A stretch of 64,000 nucleotides of DNA, taken from the NCBI RefSeq assembly GCF_009914755.1, contig NC_060929.1; one strand, given 5' to 3'. Of the stretch, positions 29,738 to 43,931 are shown piece after piece. The stretch is from the human T2T-CHM13v2.0 reference genome, Homo sapiens. Position 1 is the first letter of the stretch. Each line of letters starts with the position of its first letter. A program made the position numbers and the translations under genes. The notes below the pieces were generated by a model. That model worked only from the letters and a program-made list of their open reading frames with translations, had not been told where the DNA came from and did no database searches.

Positions 29738-30388
29738 TTGGGTAATAAATATACTAAAGAACAATTTTTCTAATAGTTGGCAGAAGGTGGTAAGGTAAGT
29801 TCAAAAAGTTCATCTGTGAGTAAAGGCACATTATTGTGAGGTGGCTTTCTTAACAGATTCAGGAATCTTTATTCAGAATCTTCATACACTGTGTTTGTGC
29901 ATGCTATGAAATCCTAGTGGTAGAAATATATTTTAGGGTTGGGATCTAAGTTAAACAGTGGTAGAATGGATTTGACATATTCACGTGATTGGCTTTGTCA
30001 GAAATGTGTCTGAAAACTTGCCAGACCAATCGCGTCAGTGTCATTTGCAATAATCCAGATGACAGAGTATGTCAGTGAAATATTTCCCCAGAATGTGGGA
30101 GCATCATCAGCTGTCTCAGTGTAGGCTATTTTTACTATAGGAAGTGAAAATGTTTATCTTCCATCTTGTAATACAGAAAGGCAAACTGTATTGTCATAAT
30201 ATAAATACTCAGTGGCCATGAATTTTGAGACTATGAGAAGAAACAATAGAATATAAGATTCTAATATGGCTATTTATGAAAAAAAAATAGAGAAGATAAA
30301 TCAGAGTTGAAGCATTCAATTATGCAAATGAGCAAGAGAAGTTTGCTCATAACAGAGAGACAGCAAGTTATAATATAAAGACCATCGG

Positions 30389-30658
30389 GGCTGGGCGCGG
30401 TAGCTCACGCCTGTAATCCCGACACTTTGGGAGGCCGAGGCTGGTGGATCACGAGGTCAGGAGATCGAGACCAGCCTGGCCAATATGGTGAAACCCTGTC
30501 TCCACTAAAAATACAAAAAAAAAAAAAAATTAGCCGGGCATGGTGGTGGGCACCTGTAATCCCAGCTACTCTGGAGGCTGAGGCAGAGAACTGCTTAAAC
30601 CCGGGAGGCGGAGGATGCAGTGAGCCGAGATCATGCCAAGAGCTAAACTCTGTCTTAG

Positions 30659-30687
<29 letters not shown>
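30389..30687 (+). mobile_element. AluS SINE with a deletion near the 3' end
   Basis: gagatcatgcc joins directly to aagagctaaactctgtct; long poly(A). Confidence 0.92.
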
Positions 30688-30691
<4 letters not shown>

Positions 30692-30696
30692 ATTAG

Positions 30697-31052
<356 letters not shown>

Positions 31053-31299
31053 CTAACAAATAAATTGCAATTATAAATCATAATCAATTTTCCCCCTTCT
31101 CAGTTTAACAATCTCAATCATGTAAACATTTACAATTTCCCTTTCATCTTGAAACATAGCTTTAGACATCCATTATTTCCTTCATGAGTGTCTCGGCATC
31201 ACACTTCTGCGATATAGGACCTACTTTACTTGCTCTACTATTTCATGATCCAGAGAAGGTCATTGGCTTCCTCAAGTTTGCATGGGAAAAAGGGTATGC

Positions 31300-32120
31300 A
31301 TTTGACAAATAAGCATATAACAAGATGCTCAACATCATATGTCATTATGAAGTTGTAAATTATAACAGCAATGAGATACTACAACACACCTATTAGAATG
31401 ACCAAAATTCAAAACACTGAAAACACTAAACACTAGCTGGGACGGGTACCAACAAGAACTTTCATTCATTGCTTGTGGGAATGCAAAATGGTCCAGGCAT
31501 TTTGGAAGTAAGTATTTCAATTTCTTACAAAACTATTCATACTCTTGTCATATGATCTAGAAATTATAATCCTTGATATTTACCCAGATGAGTTGAAAAC
31601 GTTTGTCTATGTAAAAACCTGCACACGAATGTTTACATTACCTTTATTGCCAAAACTTGGAGGCGACCAAAAGTTGTTGAGTAAGTGAATGAATGAATAA
31701 ACTATGGTAAATTTATAGAATAAAATATTCAGCAATGAAAATGGCGAAACTTTGGAGACAGTAAAAAACAACAGCAGTTGCCAGGAGTTTGTGGAGAAGG
31801 AGAAAGGGAAGAAAAGGTGGAACATAGGCAGTTTTTGAGAAGTGAATGACTATATGCTGTATTACACTGTAATGGTGCATATATTTCTTTACAAATTTCT
31901 CAAAATCCATAGAATGTATAACACAAAGAGTGAACTCTAATGTAAACCATAAACTTTAGTTAATGATGTGTCAATACTGGCTTATGAATTATTAAAAAAA
32001 CTACCACTTTAATTTAAGATGTTAATAATGGAGAAAACTGAGGGAAGATAATGTTTTATGGGAACCTTGTATTTTCTGCTCATTTTTCTGTAAACTTTAA
32101 ACTAAAAAAAAAGCCTATTA
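31300..32120 (+). mobile_element. L1MC-type 3' end
   Basis: aaataagcatataacaagatgctcaacatca..acacacctattagaatg..aaatccatagaatgtataacacaaagagtgaactctaatgtaaac. Confidence 0.85.
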
Positions 32121-32333
32121 ATTAAATTTACAAGCTAAACTAAAAGATTGCATTGGTAGTTTCAGTTTGAATGAGTACAATTAGTGTTCTTAAGCCCTAC
32201 TACATTGCTACTTTTAATATATGATCCTGCCTTCTTGAATACTATAATATTATCTTGCTTTTGATTAAATAATCCATATTGAGGAAAAATGAGTTAGAGT
32301 CATGTTCTAAAATGGAATTGTAGACAAAGTTAT

Positions 32334-33055
32334 TGTGTTAGGGTGTTTTCCAGGGAAACAGAATCAATAGGAGATATATATAAATATATATATATATAAT
32401 ATATATATACGTGTATATATATATAAAATATATATACGTGTGTATATATATAAAATATATATACGTGTGTATATATATAAAATATATATACGTGTGTATA
32501 TATATAAAATATATATATACGTGTGTATATATATATATATATGTATATATAAAGTGCACAAAAGAGGGGATAGGGGATTTATTCTGGGAATTGATTCACA
32601 TGATTATGCTGTCTGAAAAGTCCTATGATATGCTAATATGCCATCTGCAAGCTGGGGAATCAGGGAAGCCAGTGGTATAATTGAGTAAGAGTTCAAAGGC
32701 CTAAGAATCAATAGAGACGGTGGTGTAACTCTCAGTCAGAAGCCGAAGACCCAAAAACCTGAGGGGCTGCTGATGCATGTTCTGGAGTCCAGAGTTTAAG
32801 AACCTGGAGTTCTGATGTACAAGGGCAGGAGAATATAGAGATCTCAGCTCCAGGAAAGTGAGAGATTCTTCTTTCCTCTACCTGTTCTATTCCTTCCCTC
32901 AACCAATTATATGGTGCTTGCCCACGCTGGTGAGGGTAGATGCTAATCTCTTCTGGAAACACCCTCATAGACCTGCCCAGAAATAATGGTTTACCAGCTA
33001 GCTGACTGACTATCCCTTAACCCAGTCAAGTGGATGCTAAAAATTAACCATCACA
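32334..33055 (-). mobile_element. ERVL solo LTR, MLT2B-like, with 5-bp TSD GTTAT
   Basis: tgtgttagggtgttttccagggaaacagaatcaatagg .. aaaattaaccatcaca; gttat on both flanks (32329-32333, 33056-33060). Confidence 0.88.
32399..32545. repeat. 27-bp minisatellite (AATATATATACGTGTGTATATATATAA) x~5
   Basis: Directly visible; produces the 9-aa periodicity of the spurious ORFs here. Confidence 0.92.
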
Positions 33056-33159
33056 GTTATTAATATGATGTAATGGATATGACAATAATCCATGTACTTA
33101 AAAATATAAGTATTATTAATGACAGCAGCCACTCCTTAACCCCCTAAACTCCTGTCATA

Positions 33160-33400
33160 ACTCAAGCTAAGCATTTTTTCTTATACTATCTAATTTCATA
33201 CTTAAAAACCTGTAAGTTGGTTATTACACACATATAGATGAGATGAAATATAGATTTTTATTACATACATATAGATTATATTATTTATTAAACACATATA
33301 GGTTAATCTCAGAAGGATTCAATAACTTGCCCAAGCTCACACAGCTAGAGAGTGCCAGTAGCTATTATTTCAACCAAGTGTGTGCTGCTTATGACAGCAC
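33160..33400 (-). mobile_element. MIR SINE with AT-rich internal expansion
   Basis: aataacttgcccaagctcacacagctag. Confidence 0.65.
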
Positions 33401-36400
33401 ACTGACTTTCCATTTTTCTCTAAATACCTCATATAATGAGTGAGCATCCTTTTTTATCTCAAAAATAAGTAACTAAAAGATGGGAAAATTATTACCAGGG
33501 TTAAGACCACAAACACACCTCCTTTCTTTCTCAAATTGTATGAATAAATGTATGTAGCAGGAGTAAAGACCAACTCAGTACAGGCAATCTGTTTAAATGA
33601 GAAGCTGAGTTTACAGCTGGTGGGATTACTTTTTTTCTGCGCCTGCATCTCGAACCCATGAATTGCCCTTGCTGCTGCTGAAAACCTAGTACTCATTCAC
33701 TTAAACTCATATGATTATATTGTTATCTCTCCAGAAATCCATGCTTCCTAACTTCTCACTTCAAGAGCTTGGAAATGTGCAAAAACCCATACATCTCAAA
33801 GTAAAAAAAGAAAACAAAAACAAAAACAAAAACCTCTTGGTATTATCAGCTTATTATTTTTTTTAAAAAAGCCAACAAAGACCAAAAAATAAAAACAAAA
33901 ATAAAAATAGTATGATTGTACGAACAGTAATTTGTGCTTGTAGAAATTTTCCTGCAAACTATTCCTAATAACAGGGAGAGTGAAAAGTTTTCCTACCTGG
34001 TATGTACACATAGCCAGAAGCAGCTCCCTGTAAGTACAAGCTATTTTAAGGTCTTTCTCTCTAAATCCCATACAGTTTTTCCACTTTCTCCATCATCTAT
34101 TCAAGTTCATTTGTCTATTTAAAAATATTCTCTTTTTATATAATGTTTACTTTAAAAATTCTTGATACTGGAAGATGCAACCATTTATTCTGGCATCAAT
34201 TACCTTTATCACTTTTTGGCATGCTTTTATTTCTGCAAATATAAAATTCACTCTAGATTCTACCTGGTCTATTCTTTGGATGTTTAGTTACTTCAAGTAG
34301 GTAATTTGTAATCAATGTCACTCACATTTTAATGAAATTAATTGAGTAATCTAAAATGTTGTTTGAATCATTTTAACTATATCATTTTTTTCTCTAGTTA
34401 GTAAATCAGTAGGTAAACATGGTAATGCTCAATAAGACTAGCTGATGACTAACAGTTGCGAATGTGTTGGTGTGTAAAGGGAGTAAGTGTTCCTATTAAA
34501 CATATATGTGTCCCAAAACACAGATAACAATCACTTTGATTTTCTATGCTATATTGTGCAATTGTAAGCCAAGGGTCTTGAAACTCTCTGATTTCATTGT
34601 ATTCCCTGGTTGCCTTTGATCTTACTGTATTAACCTCTGAGATGAATTACATGTACAGCTTAATGAACAGGTTTTAAGTTCATTATGTCTTCATATGAAA
34701 TAGCAAGGAACAATCAACAAGAGCTTGTTCCCAAGGATATAAAGTTGGGAACGACTTCCCATGGTGTTCTAAGGGTGTCTGGTGGTGAATATTTTTGAGG
34801 CTGTCCTTTTAGAAATAGACTGATTTGCTTATTCTCTAATTTCTGAGTTCATTAGATACAATCATGAGATAAACCATAGTTATTTTGCTGCTCAGCAGTC
34901 TAGCTTTACAAAATCAAGCTATCTTCTTCTTACATCCTTGAACAAATGGAATGATCGTGGCTTATGAACTGAGATTCAGTAATCTGTGCAGTGGTGATGA
35001 TATTTCAAACAAAAGCTCATGATTTTTTAAAGGTAAGTCACATTTTTAAAAGAAGAGCTACAAATAAATTATTTATAAGATACATTTAACAGAGAGGGAT
35101 GAAAAATGAAAATCCATTCCAAAAATTTCAAATTTCAGCTTTATCTTCCATGCATTAAATTTCAAATGTGTTTTTATTTAGATAGAGGATAAGTAAATCT
35201 ATGTTTTCATATATTCATATTAAATTCATCGTGTGATTTATTATTTATGACAAAAACTCAAGTTTTGATAAGGCATATACCTAAGGAAAAGAACTTTCTG
35301 TGTTTTTTGCACAGAGGATTGAATTCCTCAGAAGCTTTTGTTGAATAATATCAAGGGTAATAAATAGTCTCCTATTTCTATTTATAATTCAAACTTGGAA
35401 ATATAGTTGATTTTGTCTTTGCATGCTTTACTCTGGCTCTGGACTACCTTTTTATATTTCCTTGGATAAACCAATTGTAACGAAAATTTCTGTACTGATT
35501 GTGATGTGCGTTCCAGTCTCAGGGAAGACACCAGATCCATGAGTGCTAGTGATGGGTAGGGAAGGCTAATGAGACTCAGAAACCATAATTTGTCCCCCTT
35601 CTAGTTGCAGACTCTGCCTGCTTTGTCTACTACCTGTTGATCTGCCATGATAAAATTTATCGTATCTGGTATTTTGCTTCATCCTAAAAGGATTTCATAG
35701 ACTGGTGAGCTAATAACTTTTGCATAAGGAGACTAACAGAAACTTGTTAAGTGACAGGCTTTCTCTCCCCTTCTGCTCCTAAAATGTGCATTAAAATTCT
35801 TTTCTAGAGAGATCTTTTCTGTTGAATCCCCTTGCTATTGAGACACTGGGGATTGCTGGGGACTAAGTGATTTTAAATGCCGCAAAAATTTTCCACTTTA
35901 CTTAAGTATCATTAATTTAATTTTACCACTACAGTGCAATGTTTGTTGCCTGAAAAATCTTGTGATTGAGTGTGAGTCTATGATATGTCAAACAACACCA
36001 AAAGTCCATTATTAAAAATATATATATTAGTGGCCCTAGATTGGCATAAGAGCTCAGGAAATAATATCCAGGCAACTATACATAAGAGAAAGAAACTTCT
36101 GAGACAAACACATAAATTTCTTGGTTAAGTGTCTTGAGTTACCAATATAAGAGAAGCTTGCAAAGACATAGATCTCAAGTTATAGCTTTCCTAGAGAAAA
36201 AAAAAAATCCTGTTCATTAGTTATATATATTTCTCAATAAAAGAAAAAACGCTTTTCTATAAAATTCCTTTTTAAGGCAGAACCTCAATTTACAAAGAAC
36301 TAAAGCTATACTTCAGCTTTGCCACAATCAGGGATAATTATAGCTAAACTAACCCAAGATTTACCACAATATACTTATTTCTACCTCCAGTGTTTTATGA

Positions 36401-36664
36401 TGAAACATATTTTTCTAAGTCAGCTACTAAAATGCTAACTTTTCACAAACACTAAGGCCAACTAACATTTCAAAAGACATAATTTATTTTTAATAAACAA
36501 TAATGCATGAATGCATGTCTTATATCACCTTAATTATTACCAATATGGCTGAAGTGTCCTTTAGCCACTAATCCATAAAACCAGTTACCTCCTAGCCATA
36601 CCAAATTTTAAATTAAAAATATAATAATAACCTAGAAGGCAAAAGTAGTAAGGTGGAGAAAAAA

Positions 36665-36850
36665 TAGCTCTGTGGAACAGCTAAATGTGAATTTAGAGGC
36701 TTGTTTTTATATTGCTAGCTCTACGCTGCAGGGCAAATTTGTTAGCTTCTCTGACTTTCAATATCCTTAAATGTAAAATGCCACGTGGTACATATTTGTA
36801 GATATAATGTGCATAATGTGACTGTTAGGTACTAGGTCTAAATAATGTAA
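36665..36850 (+). mobile_element. MIR fragment
   Basis: gggcaaatttgttagcttctctgactttcaatatccttaaatgtaaaatg. Confidence 0.5.
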
Positions 36851-38433
36851 TTAGTAAAGAAACTACAGATGCAAAAATATTGGAAAGGCAAAGACATCAT
36901 GAAAAATCCCCGATTATGACCTGAAGTCAAAGAAACACAAGCTTAGTAAAATTATTTGGACATTCTCCACCAAGAAACTGAAGATGAGTTTTCCTGATGT
37001 CACACCCCCAAAGTGAATTCTAGAAGAGGAAAAATCACATTCCTCCAAGACACTTGAGTGTTCGCTCCAACAAAGCAGCTCTGGAGCAAAAGGCAGGAGC
37101 AGTGTGAAAAGCAGAAATCTTTGGTTTTTTTTTTCCCAAAACAAAGCAAAACAATACCTTACTTCCAATTTTCAAAATGTAAATTTTGAATCATTAACAA
37201 AATAGGACTTCTGATCTTAATTTATCATGCCAGAAAAAAGAAATCAAAATTCAAAACTACATGGATTTAATAAACTTAAGTCAATCCCACGTTGACTATT
37301 TCATTTTCACAATGCTGTTGCTAAGGAGAAATAGATAATATAAACACATCCCAAATGATGTTTAAAGAAAGCCACATATACCTCTTTGAATGTAAGGTGC
37401 TCAGGTGTCCTAAACCATGACCGTTCCTATGGGCCAGGTTCGTATACTATTTAATAAGAGCACTATCTGAGAGTTAGCCTTTGTTATAGTACCCAACGTG
37501 GGGATATTCCCTCCAAATTTGTATTATTACAATATGTAACATGCTCAACCAGTGACTTCAACTTTGAAGTTTCCATGATTGCAAATTTAAAGAATGCAAG
37601 CTTTAGAAATATTAGCATACAGAGAGGCGGGATGGAAGGAGAGGAGAAACATTTGAATGTAAAAATCATTGATGGAAATAAAAGGAATTAGGTGGAGAGT
37701 CCTTTATTGCCTTGCAAACATGATGTGATAGCTTTTGTAAAACCAGATTGAAAAATAGGCAAAATTTCAATTCTGAAGGAAAAAAGATTGGCATAGGTAT
37801 GAGATGAATAAATGTTTTAAAGAGAAGAAAAAATGGGCTGGCTATGGGGTGAATAAAATTTGGCTCCCTTGAAATGAGAGAATTGGTTAATTTCTAACAA
37901 AACAAAACAATAGAAAAGTAACAACAAATAACTTAGTAGAAAGTGGCTGGAATGAAAAGCAAACATTTGTCACAACTGTGATATTACGTAGATTTTGTAG
38001 TGTACAATTTATTTTTAATCTCAAGTATGCAACAAGAGCTTCAATATATTCTCCAATTTTTCTGAAAGCATTATAAATTAGAATAAAATTTCAAACATAT
38101 TAATGAGTAGCAGATCATTCTTAAAGGGATGTTCATATTATTGGGCCACTGACTCATTCATTTGGTTGATTCCCCATATTTTACATATTCTTTTAATACA
38201 GTAAGTATGGAATAAAATATTAACTGAAATTTTAAAAATCATCAACCATCAATTAATTATATCCTCATTTTTCTTTAGTCAATTTAAGATTGACATTTAG
38301 CATTTAAAGATAGATATCCTATGAAAATCTTATATAATCATTGGTGGGAAAGCTTCAAAATACTTGTCAGCTTAATTTGAAGAAATACTGCCATAGACTT
38401 TATGAAATTTTACCCACAGAATTACAAAACTCG

Positions 38434-38728
38434 GGCCAGGCACAGTGGCTTATGCCTGTAATCCCAGAACTTTGGGAGGCCAAGCCGGGCAGATCACCTG
38501 AGGTCAGGAGTTCGAGATCAGCCTGGCCAACATGGTGAAACCTCGTCTTTACTAAAAATACAAAAATTACTTCAGCGTGCTGGTGCACGCCTGTAGTCCC
38601 AGCTACTCAGGAGGCTGAGGCAGGAAAATCGCTTGAACCCGGTAGGTGGAGGTTGCAGTAGATCACACCATTGCGCCATTGCATTCCAGCCTGGGTGACA
38701 GAGTGAGACTCCACTTCAAAAAAAAAAA
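38434..38728 (+). mobile_element. AluSx/Sz SINE
   Basis: Full dimer with gatcacctgaggtcaggagttcgag; short poly(A). Confidence 0.92.
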
Positions 38729-39270
38729 CTTATAATCTAATTGGGAAGTTAAGCCTAATTTTTTTTCTTCTTTGACTGACAAACTGTAGGAGTTGAGGAA
38801 AATAGATTTTTTCAATGTTATGCTAATGTATTTATGAGTTTATTTTAAATAAAAAATTTATAAGTATGAAAAATGATATTTGTATAAAGGGAGCCAGGAA
38901 GGTATTAAATATCTATAGCAGTGTTAATACTAATAGACAAGTATTTTAAGATTTAACTAAACATGACGCCATCCTCTATTTTGATCAGTGCTATGTTTAC
39001 ATTGAATAAGAAAATAAAACAAATACCCATAGGATACTTTATCTAGACTTTTTCCACATGTCCAAATTATTTGAAAAAGCAGCTTTTTTCTTCATTAACT
39101 GGATTTTAATTAAGATATAATAGTTATAATATTTTAAAAACTATTGTATGAAACCAACAAGGTTTGCATTGACTGCTGAGATTCATGGGACACTGACATA
39201 TTTTGGCACTACTAAGGAACATACTGAAATCTCTCCAAGCCATCAAACACATCATCCAGGCCATTAGCAG

Positions 39271-39324
39271 TATATATATATGTGTGTGTGTGTATATATA
39301 TATATATGTGCGTGTGTGTGTGTG

Positions 39325-39388
<64 letters not shown>
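39271..39388. repeat. Compound (TA)n/(TG)n microsatellite
   Basis: Directly visible alternating purine-pyrimidine tract. Confidence 0.95.
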
Positions 39389-39392
<4 letters not shown>

Positions 39393-41265
39393 TTTTGTTT
39401 GTATTTTCAGGAAAGATTAGGAGCAGCAAGATGTTTTGGGTAAAGTGTGAGCCAAAGTATTGATGTGTTAGTTAGAAGTGCTAATAGAAACCTTTTTTGG
39501 TTCGTTGTTCCCCTCTCAGCTTAGATTTTACTTTCTGTCATTGTTATTTATTTCTTATTTATTTATTTTGGAAGAGAGAGCAATTCTATGCACTGCCTTG
39601 GTAGCCAGAAAGAACAGCTGGTATTTTCTATTCTTGAAAGGGGTGCCAAGGATAGAAATACGTGGGTAACTGGCGGTGTAAAAGACTTTGAAATCTGTCT
39701 CAGCAGCTGTCACTGCAATGGGCATAGTACAAATATGCAAAATGTTGCTCTTCACTGCCAAAGCCTTCTGTACTTTTGGCAACATGTTCCCACAATTCTG
39801 AATGTTGCATGGTTGCCTTCAAGGTACCCAGGCTATGTGGGTCAATTGCGTAGAAAGATGCTGGATCTTTCCTTCCATGGAATGCTTGCCAAAGGAAAAA
39901 CAAGGGGAAGGTGTTGCTATCTTTGTTTCACTGACTTCATATAAGCCCATTAATTTGATTTTTTTTCTTATGGTCAACTAAATTTTAAAAAATGTATTGG
40001 TGATTTTGAGAGTTAAGTGATCCTTTAGAAAATATGATTCGAAGGGAAGTTGAATCCATAGGTACAAGATTTACCGGATGGCTCAGTTTTTTAAAAGGAA
40101 TTTCATGTGGACAGTTACTGTTTTTTATTTATCTGCAATGAAACTTCAGAAATAAATGCCGGAAGCTTGAAAAGATCTCAAGTGAGAGATTGTGAATGAC
40201 TTAATGGATCAACTTTACCAAGAACTCTACATTTCTACATTTTTAAATGCTGTTTTCTTTTTAAAGTAGATTTGCAATGTTTGCATATAATTCTATAGAT
40301 CATTAGTATATAATTTGGCAAGTATTATAAGAAAAAGAGAGATAATATTGATCCTATCTTATAAACAAAATATTAAACCTGAATAGATTAGGGGGCAGTT
40401 AGTTTCCCAAAGTGATAACTGCTTTAAACAAATACTTTAAATTATCTAACACTTTAAGTGAAAAATGACATTAATTGGTCAAATATACCTGGAAACTTTA
40501 TAGCAAGTATTTGGGCTTTAAGCTAAACGAACACTTAGTAAAAGCCTTCTTGAAGGTCTGATCCTCTAATGGGCCTTCCCACACTTCTCTAAAACTATTC
40601 TTGCTGAACAGATTGAAAGGCTGAATGATATGTTATAATATACATTTACTATGCCTTTAAACTTGAATAGGCCATATTTTTATAAGTGCATTATATAAAG
40701 TGTTAAGAGTAATTTATATTAAATGAAAATGATAGTACCTCAAATTTCAGCAGGACACCATTTAGGAAAATACGGATGATGGAATTATTATAAAGGGCTT
40801 AGATTACAGTATATAAAGACAGCCACAGATTAAATATAGCCCATGCGTATGTTGTAAACAGTTCTGTTTTTTCAAGAGTATTCTTGTTCACACTGATATA
40901 CTACAGGTTACTTCAGAAATTTCTAAATATAATTTGTATTTGTTTTCCTGTATTTTTAAGTCAATTTATGCTAACATTTTAAAATTAATTTTTCTGGATC
41001 ATTTGAACTGGTACTTAGTGATATAATGAAGTATGGCAAGCATGTAGTCAAATGAACTTTAATCTTACAGAACTTCCTATGGTTGACTTTTCATATAGAT
41101 AAAATAAATTATTTTGCTAAAATCATTAAATATAAACATTAAAGATATTGCTATTTCCTTTAAGAAGATAGTGAAATTCCTTTGCCACTTAATCTAAAAT
41201 TGTTTTAGCAGCTTCTACCTATTTATATCCTTACAGCATTTGAAACCTTAGGAAACAGTACATAT

Positions 41266-41289
41266 ATATTTACCTGGCAGGGGAGATAC
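41266..41289 (+). pseudogene. U1 snRNA 5' fragment (nt 1-24)
   Basis: atatttacctggcaggggagatac vs U1 ATACTTACCTGGCAGGGGAGATAC, 23/24 identical, starting exactly at U1 nt 1. Confidence 0.8.
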
Positions 41290-41458
41290 ACTATTGGTGA
41301 GAGCTACCCATAGATTTTAATGGTATTCATGTTTTACATGTTAAGTATATGGTGGGTTAAAACTATTATTTTGTATATCCTTAACATGCCATAAATAATT
41401 CATAAAATTATATTTATAATTTTCTAGTCTCTCATTTGATTTGACTATATTCATGGTA

Positions 41459-41850
41459 ACACCATGGAATACTATGCAGCCATAAAAAATGATGAGTTCA
41501 TGTCCTTTGTAGGGACATGGATGAAATTGGAAATCATCATTCTCAGTATCGCAAGAACAAAAAACCAAACACTGCATATTCTCACTCATAGGTGGGAATT
41601 GAACAATGAGAACATATGGACACAGGAAGGGGAACATCACACTCTGGGGACTGTTGTGGGGTGGGGGGAGAGGGGAGGGATAGCACTGGGAGATATACCT
41701 AATGCTAGATGACGAGTTAGTGGGTGCAGTGCACCAGCATGGCACATGTATACATATGTAACTAACCTGCACATTGTGCACATGTACCCTAAAACTTAAA
41801 GTATAATAATAAAAATAAAAAAAATAAAAAAAAAATAAAAAAAAATAAAA
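41459..41850 (+). mobile_element. Young L1 (L1PA2/L1PA3) 3' end, 5'-truncated
   Basis: MEYYAAIKNDEFMSFVGTWMKLE ORF2 end; G-rich 3'UTR tract; gctagatgacgagttagtggg; patterned poly(A) tail. Confidence 0.93.
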
Positions 41851-42043
41851 CAGAATAGATCATGGGAAAGTATAATGGACAATTATAATCAGCATAAATA
41901 ATCTGTATCTGAACTTTTTATAAAATTAATGCCTCTACTAAAGTATATATTCTTCTAACTTTTCCGTTTTTTTTCTTCTTTACTGTGTCTTTTCTCTAGA
42001 TAATTTTCATTTGATAAAAATTCATGTTAAAAAAGTATTTCTG

Positions 42044-42347
<304 letters not shown>

Positions 42348-43565
42348 CTAAAGTTTTGGGCTTACCATAATATATACATTGACTTAATTAATACATTTGT
42401 ATTCCTTATATCAACTACAAGATTAAACGTCTAAATTTAAACTTATTTGCAAAATATATACATAAATTAATCAGTAAAAAGGTTAAAATATACCCAAAAT
42501 ATAAGCATCCAAGAGGTTTTCTGATATTTGACAACAAAACATCCATTTTAAGTTTGGACAAAATTTTAATTATTGTTATTCTAAAATATGTAATTCCTAA
42601 ATCTTGAAAGATAGAGATTATTTATTTTCACAATTGTGAACTATATGATACAGTGAATATTAACCAGACTTTGTGTTTTATCATTAATAATGTATATTAT
42701 TTAGTTATTGGTGAATATTACCTATAACTAAAAATAAAAGCAGGAAAATTAATTTAGTATGAAGTACATAATAATGTTTTATAAAATTGTAACTATTTTA
42801 TTAATATTTGATTTCTATTTTATACTCTACAATGACAGAAAAATCAAGGGCAGGAATGACTCATTTAAAGGTGACAATTCTTAAATTTATTTTCTCCTCT
42901 TTGGAAAAAACTAGATTTAAAAAAAAATAGTACTTTTCTTATCTCAAAAGATTTTCTGTAAATAGTGTCAATGTCATTTTCAGTATCAATTCTGACCTGA
43001 TATGAACCTACACTAACATACACTGAATTCTGCATTGTTATAAGGAAGATATGCTAACATAAAGGAGGATGTGAAACCCTGTAATAAGTCATTCTCTACA
43101 AAGTGGTCATCTGATTGTTTGGCTTTGATCAATTTTTGTATTTCCTGACTCAATATAAATTTTAAAAACTAAACGTTTTTCTTAAGAAATTAAAAGTCTT
43201 ATGACATTATCAAAAGGAATATAAATTTAGAAACTCTTACATAACAAATTTAACAGGAATTTTCAAAGAACTGCTTTATTTTATTTTCCACATGATATAA
43301 AGCAAACATTTGACTGCCTTACACCAAGAAAAATGAAGTTTACTTCTATTGATCAAAGCTCATATTAATACAAATAGGTAAAATAATAAAAACTATGTAT
43401 CATATTCATTTTTATTTGAAAACAAATGTCAGAAATCATGATCCAAAATTTAGATGAAAGGTTGAACAAGTTTGTAGAAGTTGGTTTATGATAGTGTTAT
43501 TAGGACAAACATAAGAACAATAGATATTGGTACTTTACTACTGTTAGAAATCAGAAATACTTTTA

Positions 43566-43885
<320 letters not shown>

Positions 43886-43931
43886 TTGTGAAAAAATATA
43901 TGTGTATAAAAGATGCATTTTACACGGTTGA

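Noticed and set aside
32338-32680. ORFs with 9-aa repeats; superficially array-like
   Set aside because: A 27-bp minisatellite with no unique spacers; neither CRISPR nor coding.
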